Positions 29,492 to 41,056 of a stretch of DNA of 64,000 bases are shown piece after piece. Source of the DNA: Escherichia coli. GTDB taxonomy: Bacteria > Pseudomonadota > Gammaproteobacteria > Enterobacterales > Enterobacteriaceae. Within the stretch, counting starts at the first letter, position 1, and each line of letters opens with the position of its first letter. The notes beneath the pieces are model-generated. The model was not told the DNA's origin. It ran no database searches and saw only the letters and a list, made by a program, of their open reading frames with translations. The DNA lies in NCBI RefSeq assembly GCF_003334405.1, contig NZ_QOWM01000004.1; one strand, 5' to 3'. The position numbers and the translations under genes are program-made.

Positions 29492-31713
29492 AGCGTTGGT
29501 TCCCCCGGCGGTAACGGTTCAGCCGGGGTCGCGCCCGGAGCAGGCAGCACCTGATAAGTCTGCACTGGCGCGCGAACGCCCGCCAGGTCGAAATGTTTTT
29601 TCACCTGGCTGTCGAGGGCAAAGCGTACCGTCCACTGTTTGAGTGGCAGCGTGGTGAACGAAACACGCAGTGTAAACGCGGTATTGCTTAAGCCGACAAT
29701 CCCGGCAAAATTCGGTTCACCAATAATCAGCCCGCGAATTTCTTCGTTTTCCATTAATTCCGCTACCGCATCTTTCAGTGCCTGATTGGCTTTATCAGCA
29801 TCTTCATGGCGATCAACATCATAATTTGCCACCACCGAACCAATGCCGCGGACAAAGTTAGCAAAGGTGGTTATCGAAGACCACGGAATGATGTGATACG
29901 CCCCGGTATCCTGTCGTACGCCCACGGAGCGAATCGACATCCGTTCCACTGTGCCGGTCAACGGCCCGATAGTCACCAAATCTCCAGTGTTCATGCCGTT
30001 TTCAAACTGAATAAATACCCCGGTGATAATATCTTTCACCAGCGTTTGCGAACCAAACGAGATAGCCAGACCTAATGCCCCGGCACCTGCCAGCAATGGC
30101 GCGATATTGACGCCGATTTCCGACAACACAATCATGATGGTGATGGTACTGATAATCACCGCCAGCGCGTTACGAAACAGCGTAAGCAGGGTACGCGTGC
30201 GGGCGCTGGGTAGCGGGCGGCCATGAATATCCGAAGCCAGCCGGTTTTCGATCAAACTGGCGAGCACCGTCCAGCCAACCGCCGAGAAGAAAAGAATGAG
30301 TGCGATACGGATCAGGATATCTACGGTTTTCTGCCCCGCGCCGTTTTGCAGCCAGTTCCAGAAATCGAACAATCCCCATGCGCTCAACAGCAACATTACC
30401 GCCACGCAGACTGTCAGAATACGCGCCGTTTTCAGCGCCGCCGACAGCCAGCCATTCAACCGTTTTTGCAGCTCCGGATAGTTACGCTGAGTATGTGGCG
30501 AGAGAGTGATGGTTTTCGCCAGCCAGCGGGAAAACATACCGGAAACAAACGCTGCGATACCAATAATCGCCAGGCTGCGCACCGTTGCACCCATCATAAA
30601 TTTCAGGCTGTTGCCCGGATCGAACAACGAAAAGAAAAACAGCACGATAAAATAGGCGCTTGCCAGCCAGTGCCACACCAGCGCAAAGGCGCGGATAAAC
30701 AGGCTGAAAAAGGCCAGCGAATGCTCCGCGAAGTTGAGCAAATGCTGGGTAATCTCTTTTTTATTACGAAAGATCAGGTACAACGCCCAGACGGTCATGC
30801 ACAGCATAATGATGACGTTCGCCAGCGCACCTATCTGTACATTCACCTGATTAGAGATAATCGGCACGGCCACAATCAGGCCATAACCTATCAAACTGCT
30901 TAACCAGCTCAGGCGACGACTCCAGTAACGGGCGCTCTCGTCCTGAATCGTGAACGGGCGCAGCTCCGCCACGTTTGGGCAAAAAATCAGGCGTAGTACG
31001 GCTTTGAAAAATTCAATGAGGGCAAAGGCGTTGAGAAACAAACTTTGTTGGAAAGCGATGGTGCGACTGCCTGCATTCAGGTTGTCGCTTAATACCTGGC
31101 CGACAAATAATGTCAGGGCCAGTAACAGCAGGTCGATAATAAACGCCCCGATAATCATCGCCGGAAGCTGCAACCAGTTGCTGCGCTCACGATTTTTTTG
31201 CCGCGCCCACTGACCCATTTTGCGATACAGCGGCAGTGCGCACAGGCGAATCAGCCAGTAAAAACCAAACACTAATACCGCTAACATTGAAAAATGGGTC
31301 AGCGCATTGCTGAAGGTTTGTGGATTAAACGGCTTATGCGGGGAGCCGGTGATATTGCGATAAAGTTGCCCGAAGCGGGCGGAAAGGGCTTCACCATAAT
31401 GGCGGCTGACTTCGGTGACCTTTTGCAGCACGGTTTGCTCTTCGACCAGCGTCGGCGGCACTATTTTTGGTACCGGTTCAGCAGGGGGCGTAGCGGCAAC
31501 GGTGCGCAACTGGTCGATCAACTCTTTACGCGAGGTGTCATTATCCAGCACATCCGCCAGTGCGCCATAGGCCGCTTTTTTTTGTTCGATATCCGGTTCC
31601 GGGGCCGGTTCAGTCGTTGAGTCCGTTGTCGTTGTGGTTGTAACGCCGGGTATGGATACCGCGTGGGCAGGTGCGCCCAGCAGGCAGAAGAGGATGAACA
31701 GGATCCACCGCAT
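29488..31713 (-). CDS. ybiO: MscS-family mechanosensitive channel YbiO
   Basis: Start [18 protein letters not shown] (signal peptide) after GGAGG RBS; ORF track extends to 31848. Confidence 0.9.
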
Positions 31714-31863
31714 GACTCCTCCAGTGAGAAAATAGAGCAAAAAGATAAGTATAGATGCTGGAGGAGGGGCGATTTTAAATGAGAGGAATCTGGTGTGCCT
31801 CCCTTTCGGGTGAAAGGGAGGAAGGGATATTAAGCAGGTTGCTGACAACGTGCGGGCTTTTTT

Positions 31864-31963
31864 GCCGGATGCGGCGTGAACGCCTTATCCGTCCTACAAG
31901 TTCATGCAATTTTAATAAGTTGCCAGATATCCTGTAGGCCTGATAAGCGTAGCGCATCAGGCA
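31864..31963. repeat. REP pair (BIME) between ybiO and glnQ
   Basis: GCCGGATGCGGCGTGAACGCCTTATCCGTCCTAC … GTAGGCCTGATAAGCGTAGCGCATCAGGCA. Confidence 0.75.
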
Positions 31964-31973
31964 ATGTGTCTTA

Positions 31974-32696
31974 TTAAGAGACGTGCTGCAAAAATTCCTG
32001 CAAGCGCTGGCTCGGCGGGTTCTTGATCAACACCTGCGGATTGCCATCTTCCGCAATCCGGCCTTTGTCGATAAAGATCAGCCGCGAAGCTACTTTCTCG
32101 GCAAAACCGATTTCGTGGGTCACGATCACCATCGTCATCCCTTCTTCAGCCAGATCCTGCATAACCTTCAGCACTTCATGGCGCAGTTCCGGGTCAAGAG
32201 CGGAAGTCGGTTCATCAAACAGCATCATTTTCGGCTTCACCGCCAGCGCGCGGGCAATCGCCACACGCTGCTGTTGACCACCAGAAAGTTCGGAAGGGTA
32301 GTGATGTGCACGTTCTGCCAGACCGACTTTCGCCAGCAGCTCACGTGCCAGTTTTTCCGCCTCTTCTTTGTTCGCGCCACGCACGCGTAGCGGGCCAAAC
32401 ATGACGTTTTCCAGCGCTGTCAGATGCGGGAAGAGGTAAAACTGCTGGAACACCATACCTGCTTCCTGGCGAATCAGGCGCTCGTCAACTTTCGGATCGT
32501 TAACCTTCAGGCCATCGACAATCAGATCGCCGGAGGTGATTTCTTCCAGTTTGTTGATGCAGCGCAGCAGGGTCGATTTACCGGAACCGGACGGCCCGAT
32601 AATCACCACGACTTCGCCCTGGGCAATGTTCAAATCGATATTGTGCAGCACCTGGGTTGGGCCAAAGTGCTTGGAGACGTTTTTAAATTCAATCAC
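31974..32696 (-). CDS. glnQ: Glutamine ABC transporter ATP-binding protein GlnQ
   Basis: ORF 240 aa; GPSGSGKST Walker A. Confidence 0.95.
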
Positions 32697-33352
32697 AGGA
32701 TTTTCATCCTTCTTTCCAGACGACGCAGAATAAAGCTCAGCACCAGGGTAATAATCAGATAGAACACCGCCACGGCGCTCCAGATCTCAAGGGCGCGGAA
32801 GTTACCGGCAATAATTTCTTGCCCCTGACGGGTCAGTTCCGCCACGCCGATCACAATAAACAGCGAGGTGTCTTTAATGCTGATGATCCACTGGTTACCC
32901 AGCGGCGGCAGCATACGACGCAGTGCCAGCGGTAAAATGACGTAGCGAATGGTTTCCCAACGTGAAAGACCGAGCGCCAGTCCTGCTTCACGAAAACCTT
33001 TGTGGATAGACAGCACCGCACCACGCGTGATTTCCGCAATATACGCGCCGGAGTTGATCATGATGGTGACCACCGCCGCAGTAAATGGGTCGATGCGTAA
33101 GTCGTTAAACGCCATCGGCAGGGCGAAATAAATAAACATCACCTGGACGACGATAGGTGTGCCGCGGATCACTTCAATAAAGACCAGCGCGACGTGGTTG
33201 GCTATCCAACCTCCGAAGGTGCGTGCAAAACCTGCCAGCAATCCGATTACCAGACCGCCTGCCAGACCGAGGACCGAAATCCACAGGGTCATTTTGGCAC
33301 CTTCAATCAGAAGCGGAATGGCAGGCCAGATGGCACTCCAGTCAAACTGCAT
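32693..33352 (-). CDS. glnP: Glutamine ABC transporter permease GlnP
   Basis: ORF 219 aa; ATGA overlap with glnQ. Confidence 0.95.
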
Positions 33353-33436
33353 ATGTTGTTCCTGTTACCGTGGTGTAAATAATCAAATTCAGGGTAATTA
33401 ATGGCCCCGGAGCGGGTTTGCGCCCCTCACCCTAAT

Positions 33437-33457
33437 CCTCTCCCCATAGGGGAGAGG
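33437..33457 (-). other. Intercistronic perfect hairpin CCTCTCCCC-ATA-GGGGAGAGG between glnH and glnP
   Basis: Read in sequence. Confidence 0.6.
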
Positions 33458-33490
33458 GAACTGCCAGTGCGTTTTACAGGTGTAGCGTTA

Positions 33491-34252
<762 letters not shown>

Positions 34253-34289
34253 CTATCCACGGGACGATCCCCTGCGTGACATTCACATA

Positions 34290-34310
34290 TATGAAAAAAT
34301 CGTGCCAGTT
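34290..34310 (-). promoter_or_regulatory. Sigma-54 promoter glnHp2 (TGGCACG-N5-TTTCA on minus strand)
   Basis: -24 GG/-12 element read on minus strand about 50 nt upstream of glnH ATG. Confidence 0.6.
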
Positions 34311-34380
34311 TTGCAACTCCTTGATTTTTCGAGATGCGGCAAAAACGTGATGCACGATTTATAGGGCAATACCCTGAAGA

Positions 34381-34410
34381 TGCACCATTCTGGGGCACCA
34401 ATCTGGTGCG
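34381..34410 (-). promoter_or_regulatory. Two overlapping NtrC-like enhancer sites (TGCACCA-N3-TGGTGCA type)
   Basis: TGCACCATTCTGGGGCA and GCACCAATCTGGTGC about 100 bp upstream of the sigma-54 promoter. Confidence 0.5.
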
Positions 34411-34640
34411 CTAAAATTGTGCACTCAACACAGTGATTATTTAGCGTAAAACCTGATGAAAAAACAATCTTTATGTAACGATTGTGTGATGATGTGGATA
34501 CAAAAAATTTACTTAATCAGCTGGAGATAGCAGATGGATGCACTAAATAAGTGCGTTGAGGTGGGCTGCAAAACAAAACGGCCTCCTGTCAGGAAGCCGC
34601 TTTTATCGGGTACTAAAGTTCTGCACCATCAGCGATGGAT

Positions 34641-35288
<648 letters not shown>

Positions 35289-35405
35289 TTAGATATATTG
35301 ATAAGAACAATTCTTATTTATCTGCTCGCCAGGAATTTTCGGAATAAATATGCTTTTGCATAATTCGATATATAAAGACGGTGTAGAGGAAAAGTAGCGA
35401 GAAAT

Positions 35406-35433
35406 TCTGCATGGTTATGCATAACCATGCAGA
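35406..35433. terminator. 28-bp near-perfect palindrome TCTGCATGGTTATGCATAACCATGCAGA directly after rhtA stop; probable rhtA terminator or protein-binding site
   Basis: Read in sequence. Confidence 0.45.
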
Positions 35434-35442
35434 AATGTAAAT

Positions 35443-36330
35443 TTAATTAATGTCTAATTCTTTTATTTTGCTCTCTTTGCGTACTGTCAGCGTAGACCCC
35501 ATTGAAGCGGCGATGATAGCGCCGAGCGCCAGTAGCTGTATGGGTGTCAGTGTTTCTCCGAGGAAAATCATCCCGGAAACGGCAGCCAGCGCCGGTTCCA
35601 TGCTCATCAGCGTACCAAATGTCCGTGTTGGCAAACGGGTGAGGGCAATCATTTCCAGCGAATAAGGCAGAGCGGTCGAGAGAATAGCGACAGCCAGACC
35701 CAATGGAATAACCGACCAGTGCCAGAGTGCTTCACCAGCCTGAAGCGCTCCAATTGGCACGAAAATTAACGCTGCAATCAACGAACCAATTGCCACCGTC
35801 GCAGGGCCATGTTCCGCTCCTGCGCGTTGCCCACTTAAAATGTAAATAGCCCAACAAGCCCCGGCCCCCAGTGCCAGCGCACAGCCGGTTAAATCGACAT
35901 GGGAAACGTCTTGCCCCAGCGGTAGCAGGAACCACAGACCAAGAACCGCCAGCACAACCCAGACGAAATCTACCGGGCGACGAGAAGAGAACAGCGCCAC
36001 CGCCAGTGGTCCGGTGAACTCCAGCGCCACCGCAATACCCAGCGGTACTGTCTGAATAGAAAGATAAAAAAGATAATTCATCCCACCCAGCGAAACGCCG
36101 TAAAACAACAGCGGTAACCGTTGCTCTTTGGCAAAGCGCAGTCGCCATGGCTTAAAGAACGCGATGAGGATCAGCGTTCCTAATGCCAGACGCAGCGCAG
36201 TGACACCCGGTGCGCCCACCAGAGGAAAAAGTGACTTAGCTAACGAGGCTCCACCCTGAATAGACGCCATGGCAACGAGCAATATGACTATTGGTAACCA
36301 GACCGGCATTTTACGTAATGAACCAGGCAT
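35443..36330 (-). CDS. rhtA: Threonine/homoserine exporter RhtA (EamA/DMT family)
   Basis: Start MPGSLRKMPVWLPIVILL…; ORF track extends to 36342. Confidence 0.9.
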   Translation of the reverse strand: MPGSLRKMPVWLPIVILLVAMASIQGGASLAKSLFPLVGAPGVTALRLALGTLILIAFFKPWRLRFAKEQRLPLLFYGVSLGGMNYLFYLSIQTVPLGIAVALEFTGPLAVALFSSRRPVDFVWVVLAVLGLWFLLPLGQDVSHVDLTGCALALGAGACWAIYILSGQRAGAEHGPATVAIGSLIAALIFVPIGALQAGEALWHWSVIPLGLAVAILSTALPYSLEMIALTRLPTRTFGTLMSMEPALAAVSGMIFLGETLTPIQLLALGAIIAASMGSTLTVRKESKIKELDIN

Positions 36331-36682
36331 CCTTTCTCCCACAAATATCTAGACTTAAGTAAAGCGTGGAGTGTACTGGATATACCCAATGCTGGTTGAG
36401 CATTTGTTGAAAAAATTTTCCCCCGTTTTGACTAAAATGCGCCAGGATTGATGGAATCATTAGTCTGGTGATTAGGAATAATCTGGATGAATGACAGGGA
36501 AAACATGCGTAATACTTACGCAGTTCTCTGAAAAAGTGATTTAAATTTAGATGGATAGCGGTGTATGGAAACGTTCTGTTACATGAAATGGCCCGTTAGA
36601 CATCACAAATCGCGAAGAGTTTCCCATTAATTTTTGATATATTTAAAACTTAGGACTTATTTGAATCACATTTGAGGTGGTT

Positions 36683-37198
36683 ATGAAAAAAATTGCATGT
36701 CTTTCAGCACTGGCCGCAGTTCTGGCTGTCACCGCAGGTACTTCCGTAGCTGCGACTTCTACTGTAACTGGCGGTTACGCACAGAGCGACGCTCAGGGCC
36801 AAATGAACAAAATGGGCGGTTTCAACCTGAAATACCGCTATGAAGAAGACAACAGCCCGCTGGGTGTGATCGGTTCTTTCACTTACACCGAGAAAAGCCG
36901 TACTGCAAGCTCTGGTGACTACAACAAAAACCAGTACTACGGCATCACTGCTGGTCCGGCTTACCGCATTAACGACTGGGCAAGCATCTACGGTGTAGTG
37001 GGTGTGGGTTATGGTAAATTCCAGACCACTGAATACCCGACCTACAAACACGACACCAGCGACTACGGTTTCTCCTACGGTGCGGGTCTGCAGTTCAACC
37101 CGATGGAAAACGTTGCTCTGGACTTCTCTTACGAGCAGAGCCGTATTCGTAGCGTTGACGTAGGCACCTGGATTGCCGGTGTTGGTTACCGCTTCTAA
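36683..37198 (+). CDS. ompX: Outer membrane protein X (8-stranded beta-barrel)
   Basis: MKKIACLSALAAVLAVTAGTSVA… ending …AGVGYRF. Confidence 0.95.
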   Translation: MKKIACLSALAAVLAVTAGTSVAATSTVTGGYAQSDAQGQMNKMGGFNLKYRYEEDNSPLGVIGSFTYTEKSRTASSGDYNKNQYYGITAGPAYRINDWASIYGVVGVGYGKFQTTEYPTYKHDTSDYGFSYGAGLQFNPMENVALDFSYEQSRIRSVDVGTWIAGVGYRF

Positions 37199-37218
37199 TC
37201 ACTTTGGTGATATAAAAA

Positions 37219-37248
37219 ATCCGCCTCTCGGGGCGGATTTTTGTTTTT
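37219..37248. terminator. Bidirectional intrinsic terminator shared by convergent ompX and opgE
   Basis: A-run, TCCGCC-TCTCGG-GGCGGA hairpin, T-run; opgE stop codon lies in the T-tract. Confidence 0.7.
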
Positions 37249-38830
37249 AAGGTTTCGGGTCGAAAATATCGGTTCCGAGATGGTTGTAATCCACCTTCTG
37301 TAACTGGAAGTTGGTGATGTATATCGGCCCGGCTTTCTTCTCAGATATAAACGGGTATTTGATGTTAATTTCCTTCGCTTTAATCCCCGTCCACTGGGAG
37401 AAAAAGCCTAAGAAGTCATTGGCTGAGCGGCGGGCTTTAATCACACGATGCGCTTTATCGTCGCTGGAAATGACCATAAAAGGCACCTGGAAATTTTGCT
37501 GATATTTATCATCATGGGCAAGGTATTGCACGTCTTTACCGCGCTCTTTAAAGGCCAGACCGTGGTCAGAAAAGTAAACCAGCGAGAAGCTGCTGCCGCT
37601 GTTGCGTAACTGATCGTACAGCTTGCGCAGTAAATCGTCCGTTTGCGTCATGGTATAGAGATAGCACGACGTTTCTTTCGATTGCACAAAGGTTTCGTAT
37701 TTTCCTTGTGTCCTGTCGCAGGCCTGCGGATGTGAGCCCATCAGATGTAGAACAATCAGCTGCGGTTGCGAGTGCTCTTGCGCCAGCACTTGAGCGGTCA
37801 TATCCAGTAACGCTTCGTCTTTGGTGTTTTTATCTGCTTCAAAATTACCTTCTTTCAGGAAGTACACTTCATCTGCTCGTTTGGCGATGCTGGCGATAGC
37901 GGTATCGTATTCGCCGATTTGACCCTGGTTGGAAAACCACCAGGTCTGGAAGCCCGCGCGATTTGCCAGGGTGACAAAGTTATCCTGAAACTGTGGTTTG
38001 CCATCGACAACGCGATTGAGCGTTAAGCCAAGCGATTTCTGCGTGGAGCCACTGGCGGCAATGTAGTCAGCAAATATCAAACCGTTAACGCTGCTGGCAA
38101 ACGGGGTATTGTCCCAGTGACCGCCAAAGGCACCGAGGGCATCGCGACGCGCGCTTTCACCGATCACCACCACATAGGTCTGATACTTCGGCTTAACGGC
38201 AGTGACCGTCCAGGTATCTTTCATTCCGGAAAGTTTTGCCATCCGTTCTTGCTCTTCAATCACCTCGTTATTATTGACGATGACATCCTTAGCAAAACGA
38301 AATACCGGATAGCCAGTATCTTTCAGTTTAAATACGCCACCCCAGGCCAGGTTTTGCACGGGAGCAACAAAAAATGTCGCCACACTGAATACCAGACACA
38401 GGCTGTCGAAGGTATTCCAGCGCGCTTTTTCATTCTCTTTTTTTCGCCTGATTGCTATTACGCCGAGCGCAAAAATAAATAAGCCGACCAGGTAGCTGTA
38501 CCACGGAAAAATCGTCAGGATTTCGGTCGACTCTTCCATATTGGTGGAGTGCAATGCCAGCAATGTATTGAAATTAGGCGCGCCGTAGGCCTGAGCAAAA
38601 GGGAAATAACAAGCCGCCACCAGCGAACTGACACCGACCAGAACTTTTTGTACGCGAGGCAATGTTCGCCATAGCAAAAGCAAAATAGCCGTAAACGCAG
38701 CGGTGTAGAGCAAACTGAAGGGGTAACCTAAGCCGAGGTTAATTAATAGCGACTGTAAAAAGTAGAACGCAGTCCACGGGCTAAATACCCGGCTACGGGT
38801 AACAAGCGATTCTTTGAGGGTTAAATTCAT
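37247..38830 (-). CDS. opgE: Phosphoethanolamine transferase OpgE (YbiP)
   Basis: ORF 527 aa; N-terminal TM helices plus sulfatase-like domain. Confidence 0.9.
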   Translation of the reverse strand: MNLTLKESLVTRSRVFSPWTAFYFLQSLLINLGLGYPFSLLYTAAFTAILLLLWRTLPRVQKVLVGVSSLVAACYFPFAQAYGAPNFNTLLALHSTNMEESTEILTIFPWYSYLVGLFIFALGVIAIRRKKENEKARWNTFDSLCLVFSVATFFVAPVQNLAWGGVFKLKDTGYPVFRFAKDVIVNNNEVIEEQERMAKLSGMKDTWTVTAVKPKYQTYVVVIGESARRDALGAFGGHWDNTPFASSVNGLIFADYIAASGSTQKSLGLTLNRVVDGKPQFQDNFVTLANRAGFQTWWFSNQGQIGEYDTAIASIAKRADEVYFLKEGNFEADKNTKDEALLDMTAQVLAQEHSQPQLIVLHLMGSHPQACDRTQGKYETFVQSKETSCYLYTMTQTDDLLRKLYDQLRNSGSSFSLVYFSDHGLAFKERGKDVQYLAHDDKYQQNFQVPFMVISSDDKAHRVIKARRSANDFLGFFSQWTGIKAKEINIKYPFISEKKAGPIYITNFQLQKVDYNHLGTDIFDPKP

Positions 38831-39101
38831 ATGCCACTATCGTAACAAACGCCATGTGCTTACCCTGGCGTCAAGGGTCAATACCTGCAAGAGTGCGTGA
38901 AGAGTGGAAAGGGGTCCGCATCCGCGAGCCGCAATATACGCAGGGCTGCAAGAAGATAGAGCGAGCCGCCGTTCAGGTCAACTACTGACGAACAAATCTT
39001 TTGCGAAGGGGATTGCAAATCCGACAAAAAGTGGGGTTTTTCAGACCAAAACGCGTTATGCCTGCATGAAAGCAGGAGTGAAGCGGCGTACCGCGACGCC
39101 G

Positions 39102-39230
39102 CTATTTATCGGAAGGTTTATCTTGCTGCGGTTTGTTGTTGACCATATCGCACAACATAGAGAGCAGCATTAACCGTACTTTAAAGGGAGAATGACTAAA
39201 CACGCGCATACACCTCTTGAACTCATTCAT
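39102..39230 (-). CDS. mntS: Small protein MntS (42 aa; rybA locus), absent from the ORF track because it is under 60 aa
   Basis: Manual translation of minus strand: MNEFKRCMRVFSHSPFKVRLMLLSMLCDMVNNKPQQDKPSDK, preceded by AGGAGG RBS. Confidence 0.85.
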   Translation of the reverse strand: MNEFKRCMRVFSHSPFKVRLMLLSMLCDMVNNKPQQDKPSDK

Positions 39231-39288
39231 AAGACCTCCTGACTTGCTAATCCCGTCGATCCTTGAGGGATGATTGCATTACATACAG

Positions 39289-39306
39289 ATATAGCACAGG
39301 CTATAT
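39289..39306 (-). promoter_or_regulatory. Candidate MntR operator (palindrome ATATAGC-ACAG-GCTATAT) upstream of mntS
   Basis: Palindrome resembles MntR box AACATAGC…GCTATGTT as I remember it. Confidence 0.5.
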
Positions 39307-39415
39307 TATATAGCTATTGCTAAAACGTTAATTTTTTGTACCTTCGCAACTCTGGTTTACAATGTGCGCACGAAATGAGAACGCTATGTATGCGTCACCA
39401 TAATGAGGAAGCACA

Positions 39416-39883
39416 ATGAGTCGTCGCGCAGGTACGCCAACAGCAAAAAAAGTGACGCAGTTAGTGAACGTGGAAGAGCACGTTGAAGGGTTCCGCCAGG
39501 TCAGAGAGGCGCATCGGCGCGAGCTTATTGATGATTACGTTGAGCTGATTTCTGACTTGATCAGGGAAGTGGGGGAAGCTCGTCAGGTGGACATGGCTGC
39601 TCGTCTGGGAGTTTCGCAACCGACGGTGGCTAAAATGCTTAAGCGGCTGGCAACCATGGGGCTGATTGAAATGATCCCCTGGCGTGGCGTGTTTTTAACG
39701 GCAGAAGGAGAGAAGCTGGCGCAGGAAAGCCGCGAGCGACATCAGATAGTCGAAAATTTCTTGTTGGTGTTGGGCGTCAGTCCGGAAATCGCCCGTCGCG
39801 ACGCGGAAGGCATGGAGCACCATGTTAGTGAAGAGACGCTCGACGCTTTTCGTTTGTTTACCCAGAAACACGGTGCCAAATGA
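39416..39883 (+). CDS. mntR: Manganese-responsive transcriptional regulator MntR (DtxR family)
   Basis: ORF 155 aa. Confidence 0.93.
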
Positions 39884-40998
39884 GCCTGCCTTTTTTACGC
39901 ACGCTGCAAGGCGATCGTTTTTTTCAGTTATTAATTCTTGTTGGTATCGGATTAAGCTTTTTCGTGCCCTTTGCACCGAAATCCTGGCCTGCTGCTATCG
40001 ACTGGCACACCATCATCACCTTAAGCGGCCTGATGCTGCTGACCAAAGGTGTGGAGTTAAGCGGTTATTTTGATGTGCTGGGGCGCAAAATGGTGCGCCG
40101 CTTTGCTACGGAGCGTCGGCTGGCGATGTTTATGGTGCTGGCGGCGGCGCTGCTTTCTACCTTTCTGACCAACGATGTCGCGCTGTTTATTGTTGTTCCG
40201 CTGACTATCACGCTAAAAAGACTGTGTGAGATCCCGGTTAATCGGCTGATTATTTTTGAGGCGCTGGCAGTCAACGCTGGTTCGCTACTGACGCCAATTG
40301 GCAACCCGCAAAATATTCTTATCTGGGGACGTTCTGGTCTTTCGTTTGCCGGATTTATTGCCCAAATGGCACCGCTGGCTGGCGCAATGATGCTGACGCT
40401 CCTGCTCCTGTGCTGGTGTTGTTTCCCTGGAAAGGCGATGCAATACCATACGGGGGTGCAAACACCGGAGTGGAAACCGCGGCTGGTGTGGAGTTGTCTG
40501 GGGCTGTATATCGTCTTTCTGACGGCGCTGGAGTTCAAACAAGAGCTGTGGGGACTGGTGATTGTGGCGGCAGGCTTTGCGCTGCTGGCACGTCGCGTGG
40601 TGCTCAGTGTGGACTGGACGCTGCTGCTGGTGTTTATGGCGATGTTTATCGACGTCCATTTACTGACCCAGCTTCCAGCGTTGCAAGGCGTGTTGGGTAA
40701 CGTGAGTCATCTATCTGAACCCGGGTTATGGTTAACGGCAATCGGTTTATCGCAGGTGATCAGTAACGTGCCGAGTACCATATTGTTGCTGAACTATGTG
40801 CCGCCGTCTTTATTACTGGTATGGGCGGTAAACGTAGGTGGCTTTGGGTTATTACCCGGATCGCTGGCAAATTTGATTGCGCTACGTATGGCGAACGATC
40901 GCCGCATCTGGTGGCGTTTCCATCTCTATTCAATACCGATGCTGTTGTGGGCGGCGTTGGTGGGATATGTTTTGTTAGTTATACTCCCGGCCAACTAG
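39880..40998 (+). CDS. ybiR: Putative ion transporter YbiR (ArsB/NhaD permease superfamily)
   Basis: ORF 372 aa, hydrophobic; ATGA overlap with mntR. Confidence 0.88.
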
Positions 40999-41012
40999 GG
41001 TCTGGCAAATAA

Positions 41013-41040
41013 AAAAGGCGGATTATGAGTCCGCCTTTTG
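41013..41040. terminator. Bidirectional intrinsic terminator between ybiR and ldtB (A6-GGCGGA-loop-TCCGCC-T4)
   Basis: Read in sequence. Confidence 0.65.
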
Positions 41041-41056
41041 CTTTAAGTTTTGAAGA

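Noticed and set aside
30223-30903. 226-aa plus-strand ORF inside ybiO
   Set aside because: Antisense to the MscS-family channel gene; low-complexity Arg/Gln-rich translation.
38904-39173. 89-aa plus-strand ORF between opgE and mntR
   Set aside because: It is the antisense shadow of the real 42-aa mntS gene on the minus strand.
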